Source: an uncultured Nitrososphaerota archaeon (GTDB taxonomy: Archaea; Korarchaeota; Korarchaeia; Korarchaeales; Korarchaeaceae). From it: DNA of 64,000 nucleotides. The notes beneath the pieces were generated by a model. That model had not been told where the DNA came from. It searched no databases and saw only the letters and a list, made by a program, of their open reading frames with translations. The number at the start of each line of letters is the position of its first letter. The stretch's first letter is position 1. The stretch is taken from NCBI GenBank assembly GCA_964618805.1, contig CAZUBM010000007.1, positions 5,888 through 69,887 of the forward strand, given 5' to 3'. Shown piece by piece: positions 48,126 through 56,983 of the stretch. Made by a program: the position numbers and the translations under genes.

Positions 48126-48568
48126 ATGAATAGAGAACTTGCTGTCAGGGGTCTAATTAGAGGCACAGCGACTTTCTTGACTATGTCCCTAGCATCTTGC
48201 TCTTAACGAGGATAATAAGAGACCTGCACCCTGATTTAGAGGTTTTTACGAACATAAGAATGGTAGCAGCAATTGGGTTCCTTATAGCTTTATTCCTCTC
48301 TATTAGGGAGATTAAGAGGGAAGAAGATCTAGGTTTTGTGTTCGGAATTCTTGGAACGATGCTTTCTATGCCCTACGTAATAATTTTGTTTTCTGGACCG
48401 ACTGGTTTGGGATTTGTTCGCATTTCCTACAATAAGATAACTCTCGTACTAAATCTTAGGAAGTATGTTTTCCTCTTACTTATCTCTCTAAGCATTGGAG
48501 CGCTCATTGAGCTGATAAAAAGCTTGAGCGCGCGCTTAAAGAAAACCAGCGATATTGCAAGTAAGTGA
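48126..48568 (+). pseudogene. Small multi-TM membrane protein with a frameshift near the N-terminus
   Basis: ATG 48126 after ggggtga SD gives MNRELAVRGLIRGTATFLTMSLAS; the hydrophobic continuation (track ORF 48197) is in another frame, consistent with a 1-bp loss at ~48196 or a sequence error. Confidence 0.6.
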
Positions 48569-48681
48569 AGAAAGGATTTAAGAACTTATTCTAACCCTCT
48601 CGCTTTACTTAACTTCTCCATAATCTAGATGAATGTTCTCAAGAAATGTTGCCATGAAAGATGGCGGTTGTTTTCTGGCAA

Positions 48682-48891
48682 TTATAGATATCCTAGCGAA
48701 CGCAACCTCCTCTTTATCTCCTCTTCTTCCTCTGGTGTATATACGCTCTCTTGTTCCTCTTCAGAGAGCACTTCCTTTAGTACGAATTTGATGAATTCTC
48801 CAACGCTCTTGAACTCTCCGCTTTCAACGTATTCCTTCTTAATCTTATCATAAAGTTCCCTGGGTATTTCAACAGAGATCTTTTCAACCAT
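48682..48891 (-). CDS. CopG/ribbon-helix-helix protein with EEEEEIKRRLRSLGYL tail
   Basis: ISVEIPRELYDKIK...FKSVGEFIKFVLKE RHH pattern. Confidence 0.85.
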   Translation of the reverse strand: MVEKISVEIPRELYDKIKKEYVESGEFKSVGEFIKFVLKEVLSEEEQESVYTPEEEEEIKRRLRSLGYL

Positions 48892-49558
48892 AGGAATCTG
48901 CCCTCTCTCGGCAACGAAGACTTAAAAATTTGATTAGGTTATACTATGTCATTTTTGTGATCTTGATTTTCTATGCTTCTCGTTCGAGAGACTAGAGATT
49001 TTGACTTGTTTATAGAACTCTTCTTTGCAGGAAGGCTTTATAAGAAGCTCATTTCAATTATTCTGATCCAGGAAAGTCATCCTTATTAAATCTCTTTTCT
49101 CAAGGCTTACATAGCAAAGAGAAAGAGATTCATAATAATCGTTTGAAACTAAAAATAGGGCATGTTGAGAGTTCTTTTAAGTTAATTAATACCGCAAAAC
49201 AAAATAATAGGAGAAAGAAGGGAAATCAGCCTTCTTTCATGATTGCAACCTTGTACTTCATATAAGTTGCTTTGAAGCCTATGAATAGTGTGAAGATAGA
49301 TGGGCTTACAGTTATTGGTGCAAGCCTTATCCCCTAGGGGTGGAGTGTAATTGAGCAAAAGGTCCTATTAATGGGACTATTGCCAGGCTCAGCCCAAATT
49401 CAAAGCAAGCCTCTCCATCCCTCTCAGCCCCTTCTTTTAAAAAAAAGCTTCTACACTCACAGAACCCGGTAGGTAAAGGACGAATAAGGAGCCAAGCATC
49501 CATCTGATCACCATCCAAGGAAGGAGATAGGTAGGAGCCGTGAGAGGAAAGAACCAAG

Positions 49559-49674
49559 TTGATCTTCAAACTATGGACGTACAGCCAAGAGCACGATTAT
49601 TTCGTGTTTAGGTGGTTATTCAGGAGATGAGAAGAGGCCGTTGGCTACAGATCTGGTTTAACGCCACTGTGCCG
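49559..49674 (+). pseudogene. Possible remnant of a DUF1616-like protein C-terminus
   Basis: LIFKLWTY then, in another frame, GRWLQIWFNATV. Confidence 0.4.
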
Positions 49675-49707
49675 AATGATTTCCGAAAGATTTCGTGAAG
49701 AGATTCC

Positions 49708-50163
49708 ATGCTAACCTTTTTGAATCCTATCAGGATGTGTCTTCTAATGCTTGATGAAACCGAGTACGCCAGATGGATCAAAGCATCTAAGGGGACATTG
49801 AGATCAGCAAGAGGGGACTTGGATAGAGGAGACTACAACTGGACCTGTTTTAAAGCTCAACAGGCCGCTGAATTCGCAGTCAAAGCTCTTTTACACGGAC
49901 TAGGACTGCCAGCTTATGGACATAGCATCTCAGGTCTTTTAACTAGAGTCCCAGAGGATCTAGCAGTTCAGGATGAAGTGATTCAGGACGCCAAGACCCT
50001 AGATAAATATTACGTCCCTACCAGATACCCTAATGCTTGGGCAGAGGGAATTCCAGAAGAATATTACACAAAAAGGGATGCTGAAAGCGCGATTAGATGC
50101 GCAGAGGAAGTTATTGGGTGGGTTGAAGCATCATGGAGGTCATTGAAAGGAGGAAGAGGTTGA
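49708..50163 (+). CDS. HEPN domain protein; likely start MLDETEY at ~49747
   Basis: YNWTCFKAQQAAEFAVKA, GHSI, LDKYYVPTRYPNAW. Confidence 0.93.
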   Translation: MLTFLNPIRMCLLMLDETEYARWIKASKGTLRSARGDLDRGDYNWTCFKAQQAAEFAVKALLHGLGLPAYGHSISGLLTRVPEDLAVQDEVIQDAKTLDKYYVPTRYPNAWAEGIPEEYYTKRDAESAIRCAEEVIGWVEASWRSLKGGRG

Positions 50164-50474
50164 GGGAAAAGATCATTGAGGATGCCTCTGTTTGGGCTAG
50201 GAAACTTTCCCTTAGGACTACCGCGGTTCTAATTGGATCCTATGCTAGGGGGGATTTCAACCTCTGGAGCGATGTTGATGTGCTGTTAATCTCTGATGAT
50301 TTCAGAGGAGGACCTGTTGAGAGACTCAATTCGCTGGAGATACCTCCTGGATTTCAGGTAATACCCCTGACTTCTAAGGAATTTAGGAGGCTCTTGAAAA
50401 GGAAGGACATTTTGGCCGTGGAAGCGGTTAAGTATGGGATAGTCCTGAGAGATGATCTAGGGATGATGTCCTAA
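50133..50474 (+). CDS. Minimal nucleotidyltransferase (MNT), partner of HEPN
   Basis: LIGSYARGDFNLWSDVDVLLI; overlaps the HEPN gene. Confidence 0.93.
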   Translation: MEVIERRKRLREKIIEDASVWARKLSLRTTAVLIGSYARGDFNLWSDVDVLLISDDFRGGPVERLNSLEIPPGFQVIPLTSKEFRRLLKRKDILAVEAVKYGIVLRDDLGMMS

Positions 50475-50525
50475 TTAGTTCGTTTTGCTCCACTTATTGC
50501 TCTGAAAAGGCTCCTTTCTCCAAGC

Positions 50526-52223
50526 ATGAGAAGAAGGGCTTCATCTCCATCTATTTTCGTAAAAACTTTAAGTAGGGAACCTAGATTAAGCTTGTTGAGT
50601 CCTCCTAGTTACACATATGCTGCTGTAGTTGTCATAGTAGATGGATGTACGGTTGAGTGTCTGGCTAAGGCTAAAACCCCTTTCCTAGACAGCCTGATTG
50701 AAAAGGGATCTCACAGCTTTTCCTGCAAGTCCATATATCCTACAGTCACTTACGCAGCTCACAGCTCCATACTCACTGGAGTTAGGCCTGACGCTCATGG
50801 AATTGTAGGAAACGCCTTCTACGACAGAGAATTGGGCAGGATCTTTGACCTAGATGAGTACGACGTTAACTCCCTGCTCCTATCAAAGACCATGTTTGAG
50901 ATAATTGAAGGAGTAAAGGCTGCAGTTGGCGAACCGGTAACAAAAGGAGCCGACATAGTGATCTCAAAGAGCGAAGTGCAGGCTTCAGGCTTGTGGGAGC
51001 AGGATGAATACGCAGTTAACAAGGCAATCGAAGTGATGACGAGGCACAGACCAATCCTCATAGTAATTAACTTGCCTGGAATGGATGCGATATGCGAGAG
51101 GTTTGGTCCTAGAAGTAGAGAGGCAATTATGGCCTTAGAAAATGTCGATAAGTTGATCAAGAGGCTTGAAGATGCCCTTCGTAACACATATTCCGACCAC
51201 TTGCTTGTTATCCTGTCGGATCACGGGTTAACTGAAGTGAGCAAGAACCTCGATCTAAGAGCTTTGATGAAGAATTTGGGCTTAGAAGATGGGGTCATCA
51301 TATGTCCCTCTCACAGGTTTGCCCACATTTACATGAAGGATCCTAGGAGGAGGGATGAAGTTAAAGAGCTCCTTAGGTCAGATGAAAGGTTTGAGCTTGT
51401 TTTGGATGCAAAAGAAATGGAGGAAATAGGTCTATCAGGTGTAAGAACTGGAGATCTTGTGGTTTTCGCTGCTAGAGGCTATGAGCTAGGACCTCAGAGG
51501 CTTAAAGGGAGCCATGGAGGGATATCTCCTGAGGAGATGTTAGTTCCCCTAATAGTCAACAAACATGAGTATGTGGACATGATGAAGGATCCTTGCATAA
51601 CCGATGTTCCCAAGATAGTTCTAAGGTATCTAAGGGAAAAGGAGGTTGAAGGGATTATAAGGGAGAAGCTCAGGGACGTGGATCCTTCTCACGGTTGGGA
51701 GCACGTTGAGAGGGTTCTGAGCTTGGCCACTAAGCTGGCAATTAAGTATGGGGCTGATGTAGAGGCAGTCAGGCTTTCAGCCCTTCTTCATAACTCTGAG
51801 AGAGGAGAGACGCCAGACATTCACGTTAAGAGGTCTGAGAAGTTTGCAAGAGACCTTCTAAATCGAACGGGCATTTCAACCTCAAAGATGGAAGTAGTTC
51901 TAAGGGCTATAAGGAATCACCACACAGACAAGCCAGAAAGGCTAGAAACATTAGAAGAGAAGATACTGTGGGACGCAGACAAGCTTGATGCACTTGGCCT
52001 TATAGGGCTAGCTAGGTGCCTTCAGGGAGCAGGTTATAAGAGAAAAGGTCTAGAGCATGCCTTAAATCACCTAAGAAGGGACATAGAAATGCTAACTGAG
52101 ACGATGCACTTCCAAGATACGAAGGCAATGGCTCAGGAGAAGCTAAGGAACGTAAAGGAATTCATCGAACTACTTAACAGGGAGATCGAACTTACTAAGA
52201 AATCGTATTCTTATTCTAGGTAA
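50526..52223 (+). CDS. NPP/phosphodiesterase (alkaline-phosphatase superfamily) fused to an HD-domain hydrolase
   Basis: VDG, YPTVT..AHSSILTG.P..HGIVGN, SDHG, GSHGG; then SHGWEHVERV, ALLHN, AIRNH, WDADKLDALG. Confidence 0.88.
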   Translation: MRRRASSPSIFVKTLSREPRLSLLSPPSYTYAAVVVIVDGCTVECLAKAKTPFLDSLIEKGSHSFSCKSIYPTVTYAAHSSILTGVRPDAHGIVGNAFYDRELGRIFDLDEYDVNSLLLSKTMFEIIEGVKAAVGEPVTKGADIVISKSEVQASGLWEQDEYAVNKAIEVMTRHRPILIVINLPGMDAICERFGPRSREAIMALENVDKLIKRLEDALRNTYSDHLLVILSDHGLTEVSKNLDLRALMKNLGLEDGVIICPSHRFAHIYMKDPRRRDEVKELLRSDERFELVLDAKEMEEIGLSGVRTGDLVVFAARGYELGPQRLKGSHGGISPEEMLVPLIVNKHEYVDMMKDPCITDVPKIVLRYLREKEVEGIIREKLRDVDPSHGWEHVERVLSLATKLAIKYGADVEAVRLSALLHNSERGETPDIHVKRSEKFARDLLNRTGISTSKMEVVLRAIRNHHTDKPERLETLEEKILWDADKLDALGLIGLARCLQGAGYKRKGLEHALNHLRRDIEMLTETMHFQDTKAMAQEKLRNVKEFIELLNREIELTKKSYSYSR

Positions 52224-52345
52224 GAATTCGCTAGAGAGAATACAGAAACAAGAGCAGTTCGATAAACGTCTTACTGGACCTTTTTCATGAAGCTAATGGG
52301 TGAGTTAAAATATGTATCCATTTTATGTGTTCTTGGTGATACATT

Positions 52346-52603
52346 ATGTACAGAATAAGGTTGTTAACGGGCTTTAGGATAACCATTCCAAAGGAAGTGA
52401 GGGAGAGATGGGGCTTAAACGTAGGAGATGAAATGGAAATGAAAGTTGAAGGAGATAAACTCATTATCCGTCCATTAAAGTTGCCAAAGGACCCCGTTCT
52501 CATGATAGCAGGGATAGCAAAAGGAGAAGCTGTCAAGCTAGGAGAGGTCGAGGAAGCCGTTGTAAGGGAAATCGAGGATAAACTCGAGAAAGGAGTGAAA
52601 TAG
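52346..52603 (+). CDS. AbrB/MazE/SpoVT-family antitoxin
   Basis: RITIPKEVRERWGLNVGDEM...DKLIIRP. Confidence 0.92.
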   Translation: MYRIRLLTGFRITIPKEVRERWGLNVGDEMEMKVEGDKLIIRPLKLPKDPVLMIAGIAKGEAVKLGEVEEAVVREIEDKLEKGVK

Positions 52604-52627
52604 ATGTTTATCGACTCAACAATTTTC
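52604..52627 (+). pseudogene. N-terminal stub of a PIN/VapC toxin
   Basis: ATG immediately after the antitoxin stop encodes MFIDSTIF (PIN first-strand motif), then runs into a convergent gene. Confidence 0.65.
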
Positions 52628-52808
52628 AACCATCGCGTTCTACCTCTTTTCTGAAGCATGAAGGACAAAGCAACTTATCCTTCAAAATCTGAAGGCACTT
52701 CCCGCAGTACAGCCTTCCGCACTTTGAGCATATACCTACGCCTACGTTTGGATTAACGGAGTGGCCGCAGCTAAGCGTTACAACCTCTATCTCAACCCTT
52801 TCCTTCAT
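52626..52808 (-). CDS. Small B-box-like zinc-finger protein
   Basis: MKERVEIEVVTLSCGH...CSKCGRLYCGKC...CPSC; ATG at 52808 preferred over the track start. Confidence 0.75.
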   Translation of the reverse strand: MKERVEIEVVTLSCGHSVNPNVGVGICSKCGRLYCGKCLQILKDKLLCPSCFRKEVERDG

Positions 52809-52944
52809 GCTTAACATCTTCAAACAGGTCTAGTACATGACCGCATCTCTCGCAGAATGCTGTTTTGTTAATCCAGACGATTCCCCAAGCGTCCTTTCCG
52901 TCGTCGCTTCTGTATTCCTTGCATCTCGGACAATAACCTCTCAC
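52792..52944 (-). CDS. Small zinc-ribbon protein, 50 aa (not in ORF track)
   Basis: GTG start: MRGYCPRCKEYRSDDGKDAWGIVWINKTAFCERCGHVLDLFEDVKHEGKG; overlaps the next gene. Confidence 0.75.
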   Translation of the reverse strand: MRGYCPRCKEYRSDDGKDAWGIVWINKTAFCERCGHVLDLFEDVKHEGKG

Positions 52945-53057
52945 TTCAACCAAGAAAAAGAAAAACTAGCGAAAACGTGAAATTTACCCAAATATACGGT
53001 CCCTTTTCCTAAAAATAGATTTTGTCTATTGGAGCGAGGGTTAACAACTCTTAATTC

Positions 53058-53429
53058 TTATATTCTGTAGTAAACAAGAGCAATCAATATATCTGACTCC
53101 TCTCCACCCCATTTACCAAGAGAGTTGCATGTGTAATGGAATATCCTCCTCAAAGGTCTTAATATCTTCTCATCGAAATGTGCTGGTGGCTCGGGTGGGA
53201 TTACACCTTCTTTTTCGATTTTTTCTCTTAATAGGTTGAGAAGATCTCTGACTAACTGAAAACTAACACTCCACAGACGGCTCTGTAAGTTATGATCATC
53301 AAGGAACCTAAGTGCTATGTCGGTCCCAATAGAAGCCCACCTTATTTCCTGGTCTGGATCCGGATAGTTCTGAGGATTTTGCCACACTGCGGCTCGATAA
53401 TCCTTTAATTCTATTCGATAGACCCCCAA
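53058..53429 (-). pseudogene. Hypothetical protein fragment
   Basis: The frame stays open upstream to ~53620 without an ATG, suggesting a 5'-truncated gene. Confidence 0.45.
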
Positions 53430-53802
53430 GCTTAAACAGGTGTTAATTGCTTGTCTATGTATTTTAGGAGGAATTTGCTCTAAGTACTCTTGGGTTAGGA
53501 GAATTGGCCTTATTCTAGGATCTAGATCAGGTTCGGCGATATTCGGTATATTTAAGCATAAGTAAAAAGAACTTTGATGATACGTTATAATGACGCCTAT
53601 TATGTCTCTAGAATTTCTCTAAGACGTAACTTTTGGTCTAAGAGCTTCATAAAGTTGTACTTGCAACATCGGCCAACAGTAGATCTCATATAAAATCCAC
53701 AAGCAAGCTCCCTATTTGTTAGTTAGTAGCAAATCACTACCTTTAAAACATTCTTTACATGAATTATGTGAAGAGACATTATACGCTGAGATCGAAGAGA
53801 TA

Positions 53803-54169
53803 CTATGGCCCATACTTATCCAAGAACTCCTCAGGTGTTAGTACATCGATTTCATCCTTAACGCCTTCATAGTCCCTCTTATTCCTTGTGATGAAGACCT
53901 TTACTCTGCCCTTTGCGGAGTGAAATTGTATTGCGTCTTCAAAATCCTCTATCCTATCTTCATTGAAGGCTGCTTTCATTATCTCACTCGTTAAGCCTAT
54001 TATTTTGAAGCCTTTCGTTAGATCTAGTGTCTCTTCCTTGGCCCTTTCCTCAGAAGTTATCCTCCTTCTCAAGAAGTATATTATAGCTGGAGTTAAAGCA
54101 GAAATGTAGCCCTCGTTTCTCCCATCTCTGAATGTCTATGAACACGTTTACGTCCACGAATATCTTCAT
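53803..54169 (-). pseudogene. PIN/VapC toxin with internal deletion and frameshift
   Basis: MKIFVDVNVFIDIQR from ATG 54169, frameshift to RDGRNEGYISALTPAIIYFLRR...DFEDAIQ...FITRNKRDY. Confidence 0.85.
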
Positions 54170-54173
54170 AGGA

Positions 54174-54464
54174 TCACTCGTACCTTTCGGCTATCGCCTC
54201 AGCTATTTCCTTCTTCTCCTCAGAAATGGGTATGGGTGGGAGAGTCCCAACTAGCTTCAATATCTTGATGGAATCCTCGCTGAACTCCATTTCAGGATAC
54301 TCCTTCTTCAGCTCTTCCTTCAACTCCTTCACCCTTTCCTCCTCGCTTTCCTTCAAGTACTTCCTTTCGAGGGCTGCAAGCCTATTCTCAGCTCTGGAGA
54401 GGATCTCTCTAGCTTTCTGCAACTCCCTTCTGAGGTAGGCTATTTCTTCTGCCATCTCTACCAA
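54174..54464 (-). CDS. Coiled-coil protein, putative antitoxin of the adjacent PIN gene
   Basis: Acidic/helical 96 aa ending 4 bp before the PIN start. Confidence 0.65.
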   Translation of the reverse strand: MVEMAEEIAYLRRELQKAREILSRAENRLAALERKYLKESEEERVKELKEELKKEYPEMEFSEDSIKILKLVGTLPPIPISEEKKEIAEAIAERYE

Positions 54465-54599
54465 TACTATTTTTGAGTTCTTAAATAATTATTGCCAAAT
54501 TTGTAGTTTTTAGATCATAGAGAGCTTACTAAGTTATTGGAAGAAATGGAAGCTTCTATGCCCGAAACACTGATTTTATCCCTATTTTAATTCCATTTC

Positions 54600-54930
54600 A
54601 TGGCCAAATACACGGTCAAAGATGCATTAGAGGAGTTAAACGAGCTAAGGAATAGACTTCAATCAAAGGTGGATCAGCTACTCTCAAAAAGGGAAGTTGA
54701 GAAAGTTGCCTATCTCCTATTCAGCCTTGAGAAAGAGGTAGCTGAGATCGAGAAGGAGGCTGAGGTTAAAGGGAGAGCTTGATCTAGGAGTTTACAGGAC
54801 ATTAGTTAAGGGATACCATGAGTTCATGAGGTTTATACTTGAGGAGTCTACAAAGCACGGAGTTGAGAGGGACGTCAAGAATTACTACGCCTGCCTGAGG
54901 GCTGAGTATGCTTTGAGCATGAGATCGTGA
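54600..54930 (+). pseudogene. Helical hypothetical protein with probable frameshift at ~54773
   Basis: The 60-aa track ORF continues in another frame as ELDLGVYRTLVKGYHEFMRFILEESTKHGVERDVKNYYACLRAEY. Confidence 0.45.
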
Positions 54931-54986
54931 GGAGAGTAGTGCGATGTTCACAACGATTTTAAGATGATTTTGGTAAGCTCTCTCAT

Positions 54987-55952
54987 ATGGAAAATGATCA
55001 AAATAAAGGGATTCTGAATAAGGAGAACATCACTTTAGCTATAGCCGTTATAGGCCTTCTGCTTTCTGTAATAAATACTGCTCGTCCTTACTTTACGAAG
55101 GCACCGATAGAGATAGAAATAGTAGAATCGAGAACTATTGGCCCAGCACCCGGTGCTTCTTTCATAATTAAGCTTGATTGCATCGTTAAGAACTCTGGAG
55201 AAGTAGACGGGTTCATAAACAGTATTGAACTACAAGCTAGGACTAAGACGCTGCGATACGTTGCGATTCCAAAGGTATTCATACTAAAAGATCATGAGGT
55301 TGTTAAAGAGGTTAGAGTACCGTCTCATTCCAGCACTTGCTTTTCGATCCTTGCTACATTGGATTACGGACATTATCGACGAGAAGTATGCGATGATTAC
55401 AATCTGACCATTTATTACGAGTATTTCAATGGTAGAAGTACCAAGTTAGGATCCGTTGGTCCGCCCACAGGGATAAAATTTCGTCTCGAGTGGCATTATC
55501 CGTCGTCTGGTAGCATAGTTCATCAACAAGGGCAAAGAAAGGTTTTCTTTGATGTGTCCAAACCTTACAGAATACTCTCAATATCGCAGGTTCTTAACCA
55601 AGATACGGCCTCGCCCTTCTCGCTAGAGACTGATTACTTCAATATCGAAGATCTAGAGAATCTTTCACTAAGAAACATAGGAACCAACACGATCTATATA
55701 GAGGCGGTTAATTGGGACCTTTACGACGGGACATCTGGTGAACTAATAGAGTATGGTCAGATAGAAATGGACAGATTTCGTCCCCTTGATGTTCTAGGTA
55801 CATTAAGGCTGAATCTGACACTACCACTTGATATAATGAAGACGGAATTCGAATACCGGAATAGCGTATGGCTCTTGATCTGGATAAGGTATCTTGAGAT
55901 GGGTAGATACAAAACAGTTGAAATCGTCATTCGACAATCTGTACGTATTTAG
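54987..55952 (+). CDS. Membrane-anchored hypothetical protein with two predicted beta-sandwich domains
   Basis: N-terminal TM ITLAIAVIGLLLSVI; IVKNSG and LRNIGT Ig-like motifs. Confidence 0.7.
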   Translation: MENDQNKGILNKENITLAIAVIGLLLSVINTARPYFTKAPIEIEIVESRTIGPAPGASFIIKLDCIVKNSGEVDGFINSIELQARTKTLRYVAIPKVFILKDHEVVKEVRVPSHSSTCFSILATLDYGHYRREVCDDYNLTIYYEYFNGRSTKLGSVGPPTGIKFRLEWHYPSSGSIVHQQGQRKVFFDVSKPYRILSISQVLNQDTASPFSLETDYFNIEDLENLSLRNIGTNTIYIEAVNWDLYDGTSGELIEYGQIEMDRFRPLDVLGTLRLNLTLPLDIMKTEFEYRNSVWLLIWIRYLEMGRYKTVEIVIRQSVRI

Positions 55953-56130
55953 TTTGAGAAATCAGACTAATTCTGCACAAATCCTTAAATTAGCACCAAT
56001 TCATCTCGCAATTAATCTTAATGGAAGCGCGCGCTAAACCCCTCTCTCGCAGTGTGTTTTCCCCAATAGTTTCTGAAGTTAATAGGCAGATATGACCTTA
56101 GGAGTGACTGAATTCTACTTTGAATTCTCC

Positions 56131-56173
56131 CTTCTCCTATTTACATAGGAGAAGTTTCTCTTCAAGAAACTTC
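56131..56173. repeat. Two overlapping perfect inverted repeats
   Basis: CTTCTCCTAT-ttac-ATAGGAGAAG (56131-56154) and GAAGTTTCT-cttca-AGAAACTTC (56151-56173). Confidence 0.85.
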
Positions 56174-56179
56174 AGTTAA

Positions 56180-56299
56180 TATCCATTGGGGATAAGCGAT
56201 CTGATAAACGTTAGCGTGATGAGGAGGCTTGATATCTCTGAAATTGCATCAACCGATACGGGCTTTGACGAAGTTTCTGGCATAAAGAGGGTTTTCTAG
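56180..56299 (+). pseudogene. C-terminal remnant of a PIN/VapC toxin
   Basis: YPLGISDLINVSVMRRLDISEIASTDTGFDEVSGIKRVF-stop, a typical PIN C-terminus. Confidence 0.8.
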
Positions 56300-56509
56300 G
56301 AATTTAGTCTTGAAGATGGATTTAGGTCTTTTTCTGAAAGGCTTATATCGTTAGGCTACAAGCTTGATTACAAATTGTGAATAGGACTTCTAGAACGTAA
56401 GAATAGAGAATAATACGAGTACGAAAATGACCATAATGTATAGTGTTTTTAAAGAAAGCAGGAAAAGTTTGTTCTTAATAGTATTGAATTTTCGTTTTTG
56501 GTGATCTAA

Positions 56510-56902
56510 ATGAAATATAGGCTCTTAGACCTCCTTGCATGCCCTATCGATAAGCATTTTCCCCTGGAGTTAATAGTTCTTGAGGAAACAAAGCCACGTG
56601 AGGAGAAAGAGCAAAATAAGCCGCTTTGTGAGAAGTACTGCGGATTTCATGGGAAGATGGTGGAAGAACTCGATCCAGAAAGTCTAGCAAAGGACTGCGC
56701 TCAATGTCTATCCAAGGAGATAGTTAAGGGTGTACTGAGATGTCCTGAGTGCGGAAGGTGGTTCCCAATAATAGAGGAGATCCCACACATGCTTCCAGAT
56801 GAGCTAAGGGATTCAAAGGAGGACATTGCTTTCCTTCAGGAGAATCAGGATAAACTGCCTGATGAGATCAAGCTTCATGGAAAGCCATTTAACTTAGCTT
56901 AG
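56510..56902 (+). CDS. trm112: Trm112-family methyltransferase activator (long archaeal form)
   Basis: LLDLLACP.DKHFPLEL...EI..GVL.CP.CGRWFPI.EEIP.MLP. Confidence 0.9.
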   Translation: MKYRLLDLLACPIDKHFPLELIVLEETKPREEKEQNKPLCEKYCGFHGKMVEELDPESLAKDCAQCLSKEIVKGVLRCPECGRWFPIIEEIPHMLPDELRDSKEDIAFLQENQDKLPDEIKLHGKPFNLA

Positions 56903-56983
56903 TCGCCCTAAAAAGAACGTTTTTATAAAATATAATGGTTACGCAGGAATCCAATACCCTAAGGACGATATTTTGGTGTCTTC

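Noticed and set aside
49327-49569. 80-aa minus-strand ORF
   Set aside because: No motif; the region looks like decayed plus-strand sequence
52285-52668. 127-aa minus-strand ORF
   Set aside because: Antisense to the clear AbrB antitoxin
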